In this document: in pieces, positions 35,101 to 47,689 of the stretch | Position numbering within the stretch: the stretch's first letter is position 1 | How the letters are laid out: every line of letters starts with the position of its first letter | NCBI GenBank assembly: GCA_950097015.1 | Contig: CATNEN010000015.1 | Location: forward strand, 558,001 to 622,000 | Direction of reading: 5' to 3' | Length of the DNA stretch: 64,000 nt | Source of the DNA: Macrostomum hystrix | Lineage: Eukaryota > Animalia > Platyhelminthes | The notes under the pieces: model-generated | The model's input: the letters and a program-made list of their open reading frames with translations, nothing else | Database searches by the model: none | What the model was told of the DNA's origin: nothing | Program-made: the position numbers and the translations under genes

Positions 35101-38100
35101 CGCCGCGAGAACCTCCGACCGCAGCCTGAACAGGCCGGCTGCGGCTGACAGGCGCCAAAGAATCCGCCGCCACAGAGGCTGGAGGCTGTGAGATGATCGC
35201 GCAGTCGAGAGCGCTTAGCGAACTGCCTGCCGCAGCCGTCGCAGGCGAGCTGGAGCTGCTGCGTGTTGGAGCCGGAGCCGCCGCTGTGGCAGTTGCGGTG
35301 ATGCCGCTTGGCCTGGGCCAGGCTGGCTGCTCGCCGCTGGCAGATCGGGCAGGGAAATTCGCCAGTGAGCGGGTCGCGGTGCGCCGAGTACTGATGGCGC
35401 GCCAGGAGGCGCCGGCTGCGGCAACGGTGGCCGCAGAGCGGACAGGTCAGCTGACCGAGGCCCTGGCAGTGAGACTTCAGGTGATTGCGGAGGCAGCCAG
35501 TAGTGGGTCTGCAATGGTAAGCGGCATTGAAATAGACCAAATCAACATTTCATCCACGGGAGCAGCCTCAGAAACTTACTTGTCATCATACTCGCACAGC
35601 GGGCAGGTGTGGAACACGGGCCCCGCTGGATCCACGCGGACTCCGTGTCGCTCAGCGGCGTGGCTCAGCAGGTCGGCCTGCCGCGCAAAGGCCTGGCCGC
35701 AGGCGGCGCAGCCGAAATGGCAGCCGACTGGTGGAGTGAGCACTCGTGGCTTAGCAACCGAGTGCGCGGAATTAATGTGACGCGACAGATCGCGAATGCC
35801 ACCCTGTGGGGTAAACAGAACCAATGGGGAGCTAATTAATTTAATTCACTGGTGTGGACTGGGGGGACGCCACACCCACACTCAATTAGCCCAGCTAATG
35901 CTGGTAGATAATGCTGGTGGCTAATACTGCTAGCTAATGCTGGTAGCTAATGCTGGTTGCTGGTAGCTTATGCTGGTAGCTAATGCCGGAAGCTAATGCT
36001 GGTAGCTAATGCTGGTAGCTAATGCTGGTAGCTTATGCTGGTAGCTAATGCTGGTAGCTAATGCTGGTAGCTAATGCTGGTAGCTAATGCTGGTAGCTAA
36101 TGCTGGTAGCTTATGCTGGTAGCTAATGCTGGTAGCTAATGCTGGTAGCTAATGCTGGTAGCTAATGCTGGTAGCTTATGCTGGTAGCTAATGCTGGTAG
36201 CTAATGCTGGTAGCTAATGCTGGTAGCTAATGCTGGTTGCTGGTAGCTTATGCTGGTAGCTAATGCTGGTAGCTAATGCTGGTAGCTAATGCTGGTTGCT
36301 GGTAGCTTATGCTGGTAGCTAATGCCGGAAGCTAATGCTGGTAGCTAATGCTGGTAGCTAATGCTGGTAGCTTATGCTGGTAGCTAATGCTGGTAGCTAA
36401 TGCTGGTAGCTAATGCTGGTAGCTAATGCTGGTAGCTAATGCTGGTAGCTAATGCTGGTAGCTAATGCTGGTAACTAATGCTGGTAGCTAATGCTGGTAA
36501 CTAATGCTGGTAGCTAATGATTTCAGACTCTCGCTAAAAGATACAAATGGCTTTCCTCGGTTAGATTTTTGAGTACATATTGAGTCGCTATTCGAAAACG
36601 TGCTCTCATAAAGCAAAGGGGTCCCGGGGGGGCCTCACCTCAAACACAGCGCAGCAGACCGGACAGTCGATGCGCGCAGCGCAGTCCGCATCGTCTGAAG
36701 GGCCGCAGCCGGCGCATTGGTGAAACCTGAGCAATGCCGGGTGGGGCAGCACGAGGCGGCAGCGGCGACAGGCGGCCTCCAGGCGCAGGTCGAGCAGGGC
36801 CAGCTGCAGGCGGCGACAGAACTCCGCTGGCGATAGGCGAAGCCGGCGACGCGAGCGAAGTCGACGAATCGATTGCAGCTGCTGCAGATCTCCATCTGGG
36901 CTTCTGCCTGTTGAACAGCGACGCCACCGGATGAGGCTGCACCGAGCCGCTGACACTGCGGAAGCCGCCGCTGCTGAAGCCTCGGAAGGCGTTGTCGCAG
37001 AATTCGCCGTTCTCTGCAGCAGGCGCTGGCGCAGCTGGTGCAGGGTGTCCGCAGACACTCGGCTCACTGGCGCGGACACGGAACTGAACTTTCCAGATTT
37101 CAAGGGCCTCTGTCGCTGCCTCTGCGGCTTCTCTGCTGGAGCCGATGCCTTTGAATCGGACATGGGCACGGCTCTGATAGGCGTTAATTGTACAACAGTT
37201 AAAAGTACACAGAAGAGCCAAAAGACTCACAGCAGCAATCCCGTTGGATCTCGAAGTCCTTCTCTTTGCCCTACACAACAGCTGTTGAGCCCGAGCTTCG
37301 GTCAGCGCTTTGACGGAAGTTCGCAGAGAAATCGTCTGCTTTGTGGCTTTCAGCTGACGCACCTCCAGCAGCAGCAGCCGGGCCAGCCAGCGGTTGAAGG
37401 CGTAGCTCAGCTCCTCGCCAACTGCCACCGGGCGAATGCAGCGAAAGTACAGACTGGCGCCGTTCTGATAGGCCAGCAGGTTGTGCCGCCGGACACTGGA
37501 TGGCCTAGATACCGATGCGAACTGTGGAATCGGTGAATGGCGTTGTCATGCGTTTAAGGATACAGGAAGGTCATGAAGATTTGGTTCGGGTTTTTGGGTT
37601 TGGGATTTGGGATTTGATTTGAGTTGCTTGGATTTGAGTATGGTGTTAGGGTTGGGGATGATGTCTGGGATTTGGGAAGAGTTTTGAGATATGGGAATGG
37701 TATCTGGGATTCGGAAATGCTGTTTTGGGTTTAGGAAATGCGTCTGGGATTTGGGAATTGTCTCCGTGATTTGGGATTCGGGAATGGTGTCTAGGATTTG
37801 GGACTAGTCCCTGGGAATCGGGAATGGTGTCTGCGATTTGGGAATAGTCCCTTGGATTTGGGAATAGTCCCTGGGATTCGGGAATAGTCCCTAGGATTTG
37901 GGAATAGTCCCTGGGATTTGGGAATGGTGTCTGGGATTCGGGAATAGTCCCTGGGATTTGGGAATGGTGTCTGGGATTTGGGAATAGTCCCTGGGATTCG
38001 GGAATAGTCCCTGGGATTTGGGAATGGTGTCTGGAATTTGGGAATAGTCTCTGGAATTTGGGAATAGTCTCTGGAATTTGGGAATAGTCTCTGGAATTTG

Positions 38101-38838
38101 GGAATAGTCTCTGGAATTTGGGAATAGTCTCTGGAATTTGGGAATAGTCTCTGGAATTTGGGAATAGTCTCTGGAATTTGGGAATAGTCTCTGGAATTTG
38201 GGAATAGTCTCTGGAATTTGGGAATAGTCTCTGGAATTTGGGAATAGTCTCTGGAATTTGGGAATAGTCTCTGGAATTTGGGAATAGTCTCTGGAATTTG
38301 GGAATAGTCTCTGGAATTTGGGAATAGTCTCTGGAATTTGGGAATAGTCTCTGGAATTTGGGAATAGTCTCTGGAATTTGGGAATAGTCTCTGGAATTTG
38401 GGAATAGTCTCTGGAATTTGGGAATAGTCTCTGGAATTTGGGAATAGTCTCTGGAATTTGGGAATAGTCTCTGGAATTTGGGAATAGTCTCTGGAATTTG
38501 GGAGTGATGCCTTCAATTTCATAAAATATCGAAAGTTTCATACTCACAGCTGACTGCAAATGCATTAGCCAGTTGCAGTGCTTTTCATCAGTGAGTTCAA
38601 AGAACTTCACCCCAGCTGGTGTGACCAATGGCAAAGGGCATTGTCCATTGTTACTGACAGCCCACAGGTCAGTTAGCGGAGCCACTAGCGGTCCCAGAAC
38701 AGCTCCAGCAGACACTGGCTCCTGAGCAAAGACGCCAAGACAGGCCGGGCGAATGCCAGACAGTGAGAGCCGGAACTGCAGCCGGGGAAGGGTCATGGCA
38801 GCCAAGGAGTTTGCCCCGGCCGTGCCTGCGGGCTTCAT
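31735..38838 (-). CDS. PRDM10: PR/SET-domain C2H2 zinc-finger protein, PRDM10-like
   Basis: Exons 38548-38838, 37363-37521, 36639-37148, 35580-35803, 34899-35508 and 31735-32574 join in frame (phases 0,0,0,2,0). PR domain LGVFA..GP, CNWLM, NLLAYQNG..YFRCIRPVAVGEEL; multiple C2H2 fingers; YKCRDCSLGFKRRGVLVNHM|VRVHPDIPLSSVSELNLPLL matches the PRDM10 motif RRGMLVNH..RHPD....VPELTLP as recalled; Q-rich tail. Confidence 0.82.
32620..34420. repeat. Minisatellite, 19-bp unit GGGATCTGGAGTGAGAACA, in a PRDM10 intron, with an 872-bp higher-order duplication
   Basis: Tandem copies; identical read-through ORFs 32737-33189 and 33609-34061 are offset by 872 bp. Confidence 0.96.
35895..36518. repeat. Minisatellite, 13-bp unit TGCTGGTAGCTAA, in a PRDM10 intron
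   Basis: About 47 copies inside intron 35804-36638. Confidence 0.96.
37600..38505. repeat. Minisatellite, 20-bp unit TGGGAATAGTCTCTGGAATT, in PRDM10 intron 1
   Basis: Perfect copies at 38040-38500, decaying progressively toward 37600. Confidence 0.95.
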
Positions 38839-38999
38839 GGCTCAGGCTGCGGGTTGCAATGTGTTTAGGATGTGATAAATAAATATAGGTCTAATTCTAT
38901 CAGTATTTTAATTGGGTAACTTTAGTGCAAATGTTTTTAGTGACTCCTTATTAAAAACAGTTACAGAATATAAATTTTATCATTGTAAAACGTAAAATG

Positions 39000-39300
39000 G
39001 TTTGTAGTCTAGAGGCAAAAGCATCAGAATTTTTACTTGAAGGTCAGGGGTTCGGTTCCCAACTCCACTGTACAACTGTAACAATAAGTCCTTAATGGAC
39101 TTATGGACTACACAAAGCTGTGTTACACCAGTTCACTTAAATCTGTTAAATTGGTACTAACATCAGCTGGCTTAATCAGGGTAGGTGTGGCATACCCACA
39201 GTCCATGGACTGAGAAGTCATTTGCAGCCTTCAGATTTCTGCGCAATAGCTGCTGCTGTGCTGTCTGCTGCACACCAGACCCAATTTGGACAGGTGTAAT
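39000..39300 (+). mobile_element. Diverged copy of SINE family A
   Basis: B-box-like GGTTCGGTTCC, then CCAGTTCACTTAAATCTGTTAAATTGG, CATCAGCTGG and CAGTCCATGGACTGA in the same order as the 10.5 kb copy. Confidence 0.6.
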
Positions 39301-40689
39301 CAATTTATTTGCTATTGAAAATCAGTATCAATATCTATGAATATCAAATACCAAAAAGAAAGCTATATATACTGAGTTTGATTTCTCCATCACAATTAAC
39401 TACTATAATTTAACTTGAGTACTTATAATAGTATAAGGCATTGGGATATAATTTGAGCCTGCTTTGACTCCCTGAATGTATCTTGGATTACAATGGATCT
39501 TTTTGTGGACTAATAAGTGTTAGCTAGGTTTTGTTAACAGCACAGTTAATGTAATTTTCCACTTTTCTAAAGTCAAAGTCGAGGCTTGTCAAATGTCAAT
39601 TGAAACTTATATTTCAACTGCACTGATGACCAGAGCATCTCATACATGGGGAAGACCAAAAGACACACCAGAGCCAGGTAGTACTGGCTCAAACCAGTAT
39701 GCATTGAAAATGTTTAAAAATTATTGACAAATGCAAATTACACTCATATCTGACTAAGAATTAAGATCTTAGAAGCCTTGTAGCTACATCAAAACTCAGT
39801 CACATAGCCTTAATAATATGCAACTGCAATCATTGTGGTACAAAAAATGTTCTCAGAGTTTTCTATGAGTTTGAGAACACTAACAAATTTTAACCTCTGT
39901 GCTCAATCATACTTAAAGAGCTATGGACTATCAACCTCTAAATATTTTAATATATGAAATATTTACTCATTGGATACATCCATGTTTGTTATACTTCAAT
40001 TCTAAACAATGTACCTGATGATTCAACTGAAAGTGTAAAATATAGAGGGGTTTAAAAATATTTACTAAGTGCTATTATTTGTTTTACTCTTAATTGTAGT
40101 AGTGTTAAATATTATTGCTTACAAGTAAAATTTTATTTATGCCTAATTTCCTACGAACTTGAAATCATACTATAAAATTGAAATAGTTTTGTTTGAATAA
40201 TGTTTTTTGTTATAATAATGTCTGTCCTAACCAACAATACATATACGAGAATTTTAGTCAAGGGAAACCAACTGGCATTCCTACAGTTGGAAATAAGCTA
40301 GCTAAGCAAATAAAGAGTGCCTGTGTTACTTATTTAGCAGAAAGACTACAAGCTGAGAACTGTGTGCTGTATGAGAAATAATTCACATTAAATTGGAAAT
40401 CAAGGTTAGATCAAAATAACTCATAACCCAGAAAGGGAGTCTATGCTAAAAACTGATAAGGGAAATTGTGTATAACGAGTAATTCCAAATAAAAAGGGTT
40501 TGTGTCTGATTGAACACCTTCTGATCCACTAGTAGCCCTATAGTGGGACTGGAAATAAAGAGACTGTGTCAAGAAAGCCTAACCAGTGCAAATAAAAAAA
40601 TATATATTTAAAATTCTGCTTTATTCATGTTAAATAGTGTCTTGCTGCTTGGACAATTTCATGCTACCACAATAATATAAAAATAATCA

Positions 40690-41012
40690 ATAATAGTAGG
40701 AAGGCTGCGGGCAATGGAACATCATTTAGTCACACTAGACCCGCAGCCAGCAAGGAGGCAATTCTGCCCATTTTGCTGACTCCTGAGCACACACGAACAC
40801 ATAATGTACATAGGCATATGCTCACACAGGTGTGTACATCTGCCTTGACTTTCTCATTGTCAGGCAGTGTAAAATTCACTGCCTTGGAGGTTGGCCCTCA
40901 AGGGCTTAAATTGCATGACAAGCCAAGCAAATAAATGTGGCCTTGCTGTAGAATCAAACTTAGTACCATGGTGCAAGAGGCAAACGCGATAACCGCTCTG
41001 CCACTGACCCCC
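40690..41012 (-). mobile_element. tRNA-derived SINE, family B, copy 1
   Basis: On the minus strand: A box TGGCAGAGCGG, degenerate B box GTTTGATTCT, body homologous to 54085-54360, 3' stem GGCTGCGGG..CCCGCAGCC and a (TAT)-like tail. Confidence 0.72.
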
Positions 41013-42467
41013 TTCATGCTACCATAGGAGTAAAATTGAATCTTAATAAAAATAAATGTTTTACAGCATTATTTTGAAAAATTATTTGTTTAACTGTTTT
41101 TCTGAAAAGTTTCATTTTAATTTGATGCAAAAACATTGCAAAATCATTTTGAAACAATAGGAAACAGTGAAACAATCAGAAACAATGATATTATGAGCAT
41201 CAAATGTTGTGCCAAATTCTGCAGGATTCTGTCAAGATTTAGCAGGTGCTGCAGGGGTAATGATAAGAGAGTCTGGATCATACATGCTCAACACCTGGCT
41301 GACCCGACCGAACCGGCCGGGTGAAACGAGGCCCAAGCAAGGTAAGTCCCAAACACCAATTGACCAAGCGCAAAAAAATCAAAGGGGGACCAAGGGACAA
41401 AAAGGAAGGCGTGAAGAAAAGGAAAAAGGGGAGAGAAAAAGAGAGCAAATGGGAGCAAACTAAGTCGTAAATAGAGCAACAAAATGAACTAAGTCGCAAA
41501 TGAGAGCAAAAACTAAGTCGCATGGCTGGCTAAGATTTGGGAAGTTGCACATATATGGTCTGGATCCACAATAAATGAAGTGCTGCCACATGGCCTTCTG
41601 GCATGGTGTCATTAGACTTTAAGTGTGTGTTAGGTAACTCCCCCTGGACTAAACATTTGCTACAGACAAGTTTCCCAAACCACAGAAGCAGCCCCAGTAC
41701 TTCAATTCAAGGGCAAAAAAGCAACCTTAACAATGGAAATTCTAAGTTGATTCTAAAATATAATGTGTTTTTGCTTTTGTCTACAATTTAGATTCAAAAT
41801 ATTTAAACAGGATAACTATAATAATAATAATAACGGACGCTGCGGAGGTTAGAAAACTGCAGCGAACACACGCTGCCGAAAAACGCGGGAGTCAGCCCTG
41901 GCAGCAGCCTGAGGGGAGAAGCCAAGACTCTGCAAGTCAGTTAAAAGGCAATCAAGTCATGAAGACAAAACAAAGTCAAAATCAATATATTATGTGACAA
42001 CAAAACACACAGTGTACCTGGGAAACTAAGATTTTCCAAGAAACAAACGTTTAAATTTTTTAACATTGCGTCATAACAATTAGGATGCTTAGTAAAAAAA
42101 GAAATAGCATATGTACGTTGCTTTTGTACTTTTGTTAGTTAGAGGCATAGAAAAGCAAAATCTTTTGTAAAACTAAGAGTTGGTTACAATCATGCGCTCT
42201 TATAGGCTGGTTAAATTTTTTATTCGCAGGTATTAACTTCAAAAATATCCGAGGCGAAAAATCAGAAATGATATATATATTCCTTACTGTTTCTTTAAGA
42301 AATTCGTAAAAAAATACTTACACAATCCTTACACACAAAAATTTTTTATTTAAGGGATCTGTAAGATACAGGCTTTTATCTAACAGTTTGAAAATACTGA
42401 TAGTAATTGCTAGTTTGTCCTATTTAAAAAGTCGCTATCTAAAGACTCTTAAATATACAAAAAGGCA

Positions 42468-45400
42468 ATGGCACAACAATCTCTTGATGCCTTGTATTCA
42501 GACTTTGACAAGCTTCATGAAGAATTTTCAACCTACAAATCTAGTCTGGACAATGATTTAAACCTATTGCTTGAAGAATGTCAGACATTTGTGGCAAAAT
42601 CTTCAGAAAAAGATGGTAAGCTCATTTTTTGTTGGGTAGCCTATGTTGAACAAAATTTTAAGTTTTTTGTTTTTTTAATTTAAATGTACTAATGTTAATT
42701 TTAGTTTAAAGGCCTATTTTAGAGTAAAGAAGGCTGTGCTTGTTTTGTTCGATGCAAATTGTGCCACCTTTATCCACATGGATTCATGCCTTCATTTTCA
42801 TGCTTTTATTTTTTGTTTCAAATTTTACTTATAGAATATGGAAACAAAATGCATTATATTTTGATTATTTGTATTAATACTGTTGCTATGCTCTATGATG
42901 GGTAAGAATAAAAAAAGATACTAAAGGATATTATTAACTAAAAGTCTCTAAAATATTAGTACCAGTTATTAAAATTAGTACAAGGAATTTCTATAATGAC
43001 CATGTTGATTTTCTAACATTTTCATATGAGTCCTTAACAAGCAATTGTACTGCTAGCAATATACAGTTAAGCCTAGGGTTCTTAATTTTTGGATATATCA
43101 TTTAATAGGCTGTTCATTATCTGTTATTTATAGCAATGTGCATGCATAATTGTAACTTGCATAAATGTGAACTGTTTATGACCTAAGTTGTTTTGCCACA
43201 CTAAAGATTTGCCTGAACTATGTTGCTAGATAGACTAGAAACCACTAAACAGTTAATAGTATAATGTATATATATAATAATGCCAATCCATTTATTTTGT
43301 CTATTTAATATAGAATTGTCTTTTTAGGGCATATCTTGTTAATTAACGTTGATTTTATACCTAACTACCCGTCTCAGAGTCTAGTGGTGATGGCAGTTTG
43401 GAGCCAGAGACCAAGATCAAGCTGCTGCAGCTGCAGCAGAGGCTTAAGAAGCGCCTGTCAGATGCCAGCAAGCGACACAGAGAGCTACACGCACCACTCT
43501 CCAAGATGGGCAAGCTTATTGATAAGTCCTTTGTCACTGAGCTGCCTGCCTCACTGGCCTCCACCCAGCTTGAGTCTGATGCTGAGAAGCTTCAGGTCTG
43601 GCTTTTGACATTATTGACATTTGATTCTCTAACGAAAATCGAGTGAAATCAATTCTTCGATCAATCCCCAAAGAATCGAAGGGTGTCAGGGCCAGTTGCC
43701 TAAAGAATCAAAGGGTGTCAGGGCCAGTTGCCTAAAGAATCTAAGGGTGTCAGGGCCAGTTGCCTAAAGAATCAAAGGGTGTCAGGGCCAGTTCCCAGAA
43801 TAATCAAAGGGTGTCAGGACCAGTTCCCAGAATAATCAAAGGGTGTCAGGACCAGTTCCCAGAATAATCAAAGGGTGTCAGGACCAGTTCCCAGAATAAT
43901 CAAAGGGTGTCAGGGCCAGTTGCCTAAAGAATCAAAGGGTGTCAGGGCCAGTTGCCTGAATAATCAAAAGGTGTCAGGGCCAGTTGCCTGAAGAATCAAA
44001 GGGTGTCAGGGCCAGTTGCCTAAAGAATCAGAGGGTGTCAGGGCCAGTTGCCTAAAGAATCAAAGGGTGTCAGGGCCAGTTGCCTAAAGAATCAAAGGGT
44101 GTCAGGGCCAGTTGCCTAAAGAATCAAAGGGTGTCAGGGCCAGTTGCCTAAAGAATCAAAGGGTGTCAGGGCCAGTTGCCTAAAGAATCAAAGGGTGTCA
44201 GGGCCAGTTGCCTGAATAATCAAAGGGTGTCAGGACCAGTTCCCTGAATAATCAAATTTGCACAATGTGCTCAATCTCAGCTCTCGTATCCATGCTCGCA
44301 GATCCTGAACACAGCCATCTGTGAGCACCTGATTCGCGAGGGCTCCATGGAGGTGGCCCAGGAGCTGATTCGCGAGGCCGGCCTGGCTTACGAGGACTCG
44401 CACCTGCCCGCCTACGCGGCGCTGAACCGCGTGGTGGAGGCCCTGGCCAAGCGGCAGCTGGAGCCAGCCCTGCAGTGGCTGCGAGACAACCGCGCCTCTC
44501 TCAGCAGCGAGGAGACCAGCCGCTACCTTGAGTTCCTCATCAGGCGGCTGCAGCTGGTGCAGCTTGTGACGCGCGAGGACGCCAAGCCGGAGGCCATTCT
44601 CCAGCAGGCGCGACTGCTGGCCGACTTTTCACCCGCCTGCGACGCCGACATTCGCCGACTGATGGGCTCGTTGGCCTTCGTGCGGCGCAGCCTGCACAGC
44701 TCGCCATACAAGGTTGGAGATGACATGGAATATTGGAATTCCGGGTGATGACATGGCAGTCTAACTGGGAGTTTATGGGGCTAATTGTGAGTTTGTGAGG
44801 CTAATCGAGAGTTTTCGAGGCTAATTGCGAGTTGGTGGGGCTAATTAGGAGTTTGTGAAGCTAATTGGGAGTTTTTGAGGCTAATTGGGAGTTTGCGAGG
44901 TTAATTGGGAGTTTGTGAGGCTTATTGGGAGTTTTACGGCTAATTGGAAGTTTTTTAGGCTAATTGGGAGTTTAAAGGCTAATTTGGAGTTTGTGAGGCT
45001 TATTGGGAGTTTTTGAGACTACTCGGGAGTTTTTGAGACTACTCGGGAGTTTTTGAGACTACTTGGGAGCTTTTGAGACTACTTGGGAGCTTTTGAGACT
45101 ACTTGGGAGCTTTTGAGACTAATTGGGAGTTTATAAGGCTAATTGCGAGTTTGTGGGGCCAATTAGGAGTTTTTGGGGTTATTTGGAGTTTGTGGGGCTT
45201 GCTTCAAGAGATATTCTTTAGAATTGGAATTGGTATTGGTAACTGGCAGTAGAGTGCGACATTTTCATATCACCGATGGCGCGCACTTCAACTGATGCTC
45301 AAATAGATGAATTATCAGAGCCTCACAAGGCCGCTAACGTCGAAAATACACATTTCACGGCGAAAATATTTGCTGCTTTCCAAGCCGAAATCGAAATGAT

Positions 45401-47012
45401 CGTGTAGTACTCGTATAATTGGCAGTAACCCTGCATTTGGTTAGGCATTTGTCATCATTCTTGTGAAGTATGAGGATATTTGTGAAGCAGTCTCAGTCAA
45501 TTCATTTGCTATGCAATTCCCGTGGCTTTGCAGGACCTGTTCGAGTCCCGCCTGTACCACGAGCTGTCCCAGCTGCTGGTCTCCGAGGCCAACAAAATGC
45601 TCGGCTTTGCCAAGGACCTGCCGCTCTTCGTGGCCATCAACGCCGGCTGCGCCGCCCTGCCACCTCTGTTGAACATCCAGACGGTCATGAGCCAGCGAAA
45701 ACTTGGCGCCGCCATTACCGGCGAACTGCCAATCGACATCGAACTCGGCGACCACCTGCGGTTTCACAGCGTGTTCGCCTGCCCCATCCTGCGGGCGCAG
45801 ACCTCTGATGCCAACCCGCCTGTGCGTCTGGTCTGCGGCCACGCCATCTCCAGGGACGCCGTTGCTAAGCTGGCCAATGCCTCATCAAAGTAAGCGCTTT
45901 CCTGGTTTGAATGGCTTATTGGGATTTTGAATGATGTGCAGGGATTTTAAATGGTCAATAGGGAGTTTGAATGTGTGTAGGGAGTTTAAATGGTTAGTAG
46001 GGATTTTGAATGGTTAATAGGGATTTTGAATGGTTTGTAGGGATTTTGAATGATTTGTAGGGAATTTGAATGATTTGTAGGGATTTTTAATGATTTGTAG
46101 GGATTTTTAATGATTTGTAGGGAATTTGAATGATTTGTAGGGATTTTTAATGATTTGTAGGGATTTTTTATGATTTGTAGGGATTTTTAATGATTTGTAG
46201 GGAATTTGAATGATTTGTAGGGATTTTTAATGATTTGTAGGGATTTTTTATGATTTGTAGGGATTTTTAATGATTTGTAGGGAATTTGAATGATTTGTAG
46301 GGATTTTTAATGATTTGTAGGGATTTTTAATGATTTGTAGGGATTTTTAATGATTTGTAGGGATTTTTTATGATTTGTAGGGATTTTTAATGATTTGTAG
46401 GGATTTTTAATGATTTGTAGGGAATTTGAATGATTTGTAGGGATTTTTAATGATTTGTAGGGATTTTTAATGATTTGTAGGGAATTTGAATGATTTGTAG
46501 GGATTTTTAATGATTTGTAGGGAATTTGAATGATTTGTAGGGATTTTTAATGATTTGTAGGGAATTTGAATGATTTGTAGGGATTTTTAATGATTTGTAG
46601 GGATTTTTAATGATTTGTAGGGATTTTTAATGATTTGTAGGGATTTTTAATGATTTGTAGGGATTTTTAATGATTTGTAGGGATTTTTAATGATTTGTAG
46701 GGATTTTTAATGATTTGTAGGGACTTTGAATTGTTTGATGGGATAATGAACGATTAAATAGGATTTCGAATGCTTAGATGGGATTATGAATGGGATTATA
46801 TAAAGGCATTAGAGTAGTTGAAATATAATTTTGAATGCTTAGCTGGTTTTTTATGGCCTAATGGAATTTGCTGTATGTGTGACCCAAGAGAAAAGGTGCA
46901 GTCATTAAACGTGAATGGTAAGCGTTAATTTTGCCGCTCCAACCGCAGGTTCAAATGCCCGTACTGCCCGATGGAGATGGAGACTTCCCAGGTTCAGGAT
47001 ATTTACTTTTGA
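42468..47012 (+). CDS. RMND5: RMND5/GID2, RING subunit of the CTLH (GID) E3 ubiquitin ligase
   Basis: Exons 42468-42615, 43378-43595, 44302-44712, 45534-45889 and 46949-47012 join in frame (phases 1,0,0,2). LisH-like LNTAICEHLIREG, CTLH LEPALQWL, CRA AGCAALP, degenerate RING FHSVFACPILR..NPPVRLVCGHAIS..KFKCPYCP. Confidence 0.92.
43670..44255. repeat. Minisatellite, 32-bp unit AAGAATCAAAGGGTGTCAGGGCCAGTTGCCTA, RMND5 intron 2
   Basis: About 18 copies. Confidence 0.95.
44760..45200. repeat. Degenerate ~20-bp minisatellite CTAATTGGGAGTTTGTGAGG, RMND5 intron 3
   Basis: Diverged tandem copies, with a homogenised sub-block GACTACTYGGGAG at 45017-45120. Confidence 0.88.
45905..46800. repeat. Minisatellite, 20-bp unit TGATTTGTAGGGATTTTTAA, RMND5 intron 4
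   Basis: Homogeneous centre with degenerate edges. Confidence 0.95.
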
Positions 47013-47689
47013 GTTGTGAAAACTTAAAAAATATAAATTGATTTAATGCTTCATTCTGATCTACCTGTCTGAAATCAAGCTGATCTTATAGTCGGATGTC
47101 ACTGGAAATTATCCTGTTTTGTAATTAGTTAACTGGGATTTTCGCTCTATGAATTTGCTTGGCTTTGTTCCATTATCATTAGTATTTTGTCTTCTTGTAA
47201 TTATTTTCTCTATTATTTCTCTGAAATCAAATCTTTTAGTTTTGAATTTTGTTTTAACTTGAGCTGAGCACTACTCACAGTCTATTCGATAGATTTTATT
47301 TGCTGGCGATGATTTGAAAACGAAGCATCGATTTATTTAGAAATTCGAGTGGTGTTTGTCTTTTTTTAGTTGAACTTGAAGTCCTATGTCCAATAGACCC
47401 GCTACTCACTACTAACAGTTGCGGCAGTAGTAGCTGCCGTGTGTATGCGCTCAATTTCAGGCTAATCAGTTTTTGCATTGCAGTTGGGTGAGCAGAGAAG
47501 CTTCTGTGAGCAGAGCTGCACCTGTAATATACAACCCAGCTAGCTATTGAACTGTTTTCAATTCTGCTTCTGGTATCGTGTAAATAATATGTGGATCAGA
47601 AGATAACTAGGGATATTAACCTGCAACTATGTTCCTGCACATCTGTCTATTGCTTTTTGACGCCTTTTAATCATTTTAATCATCACCTC

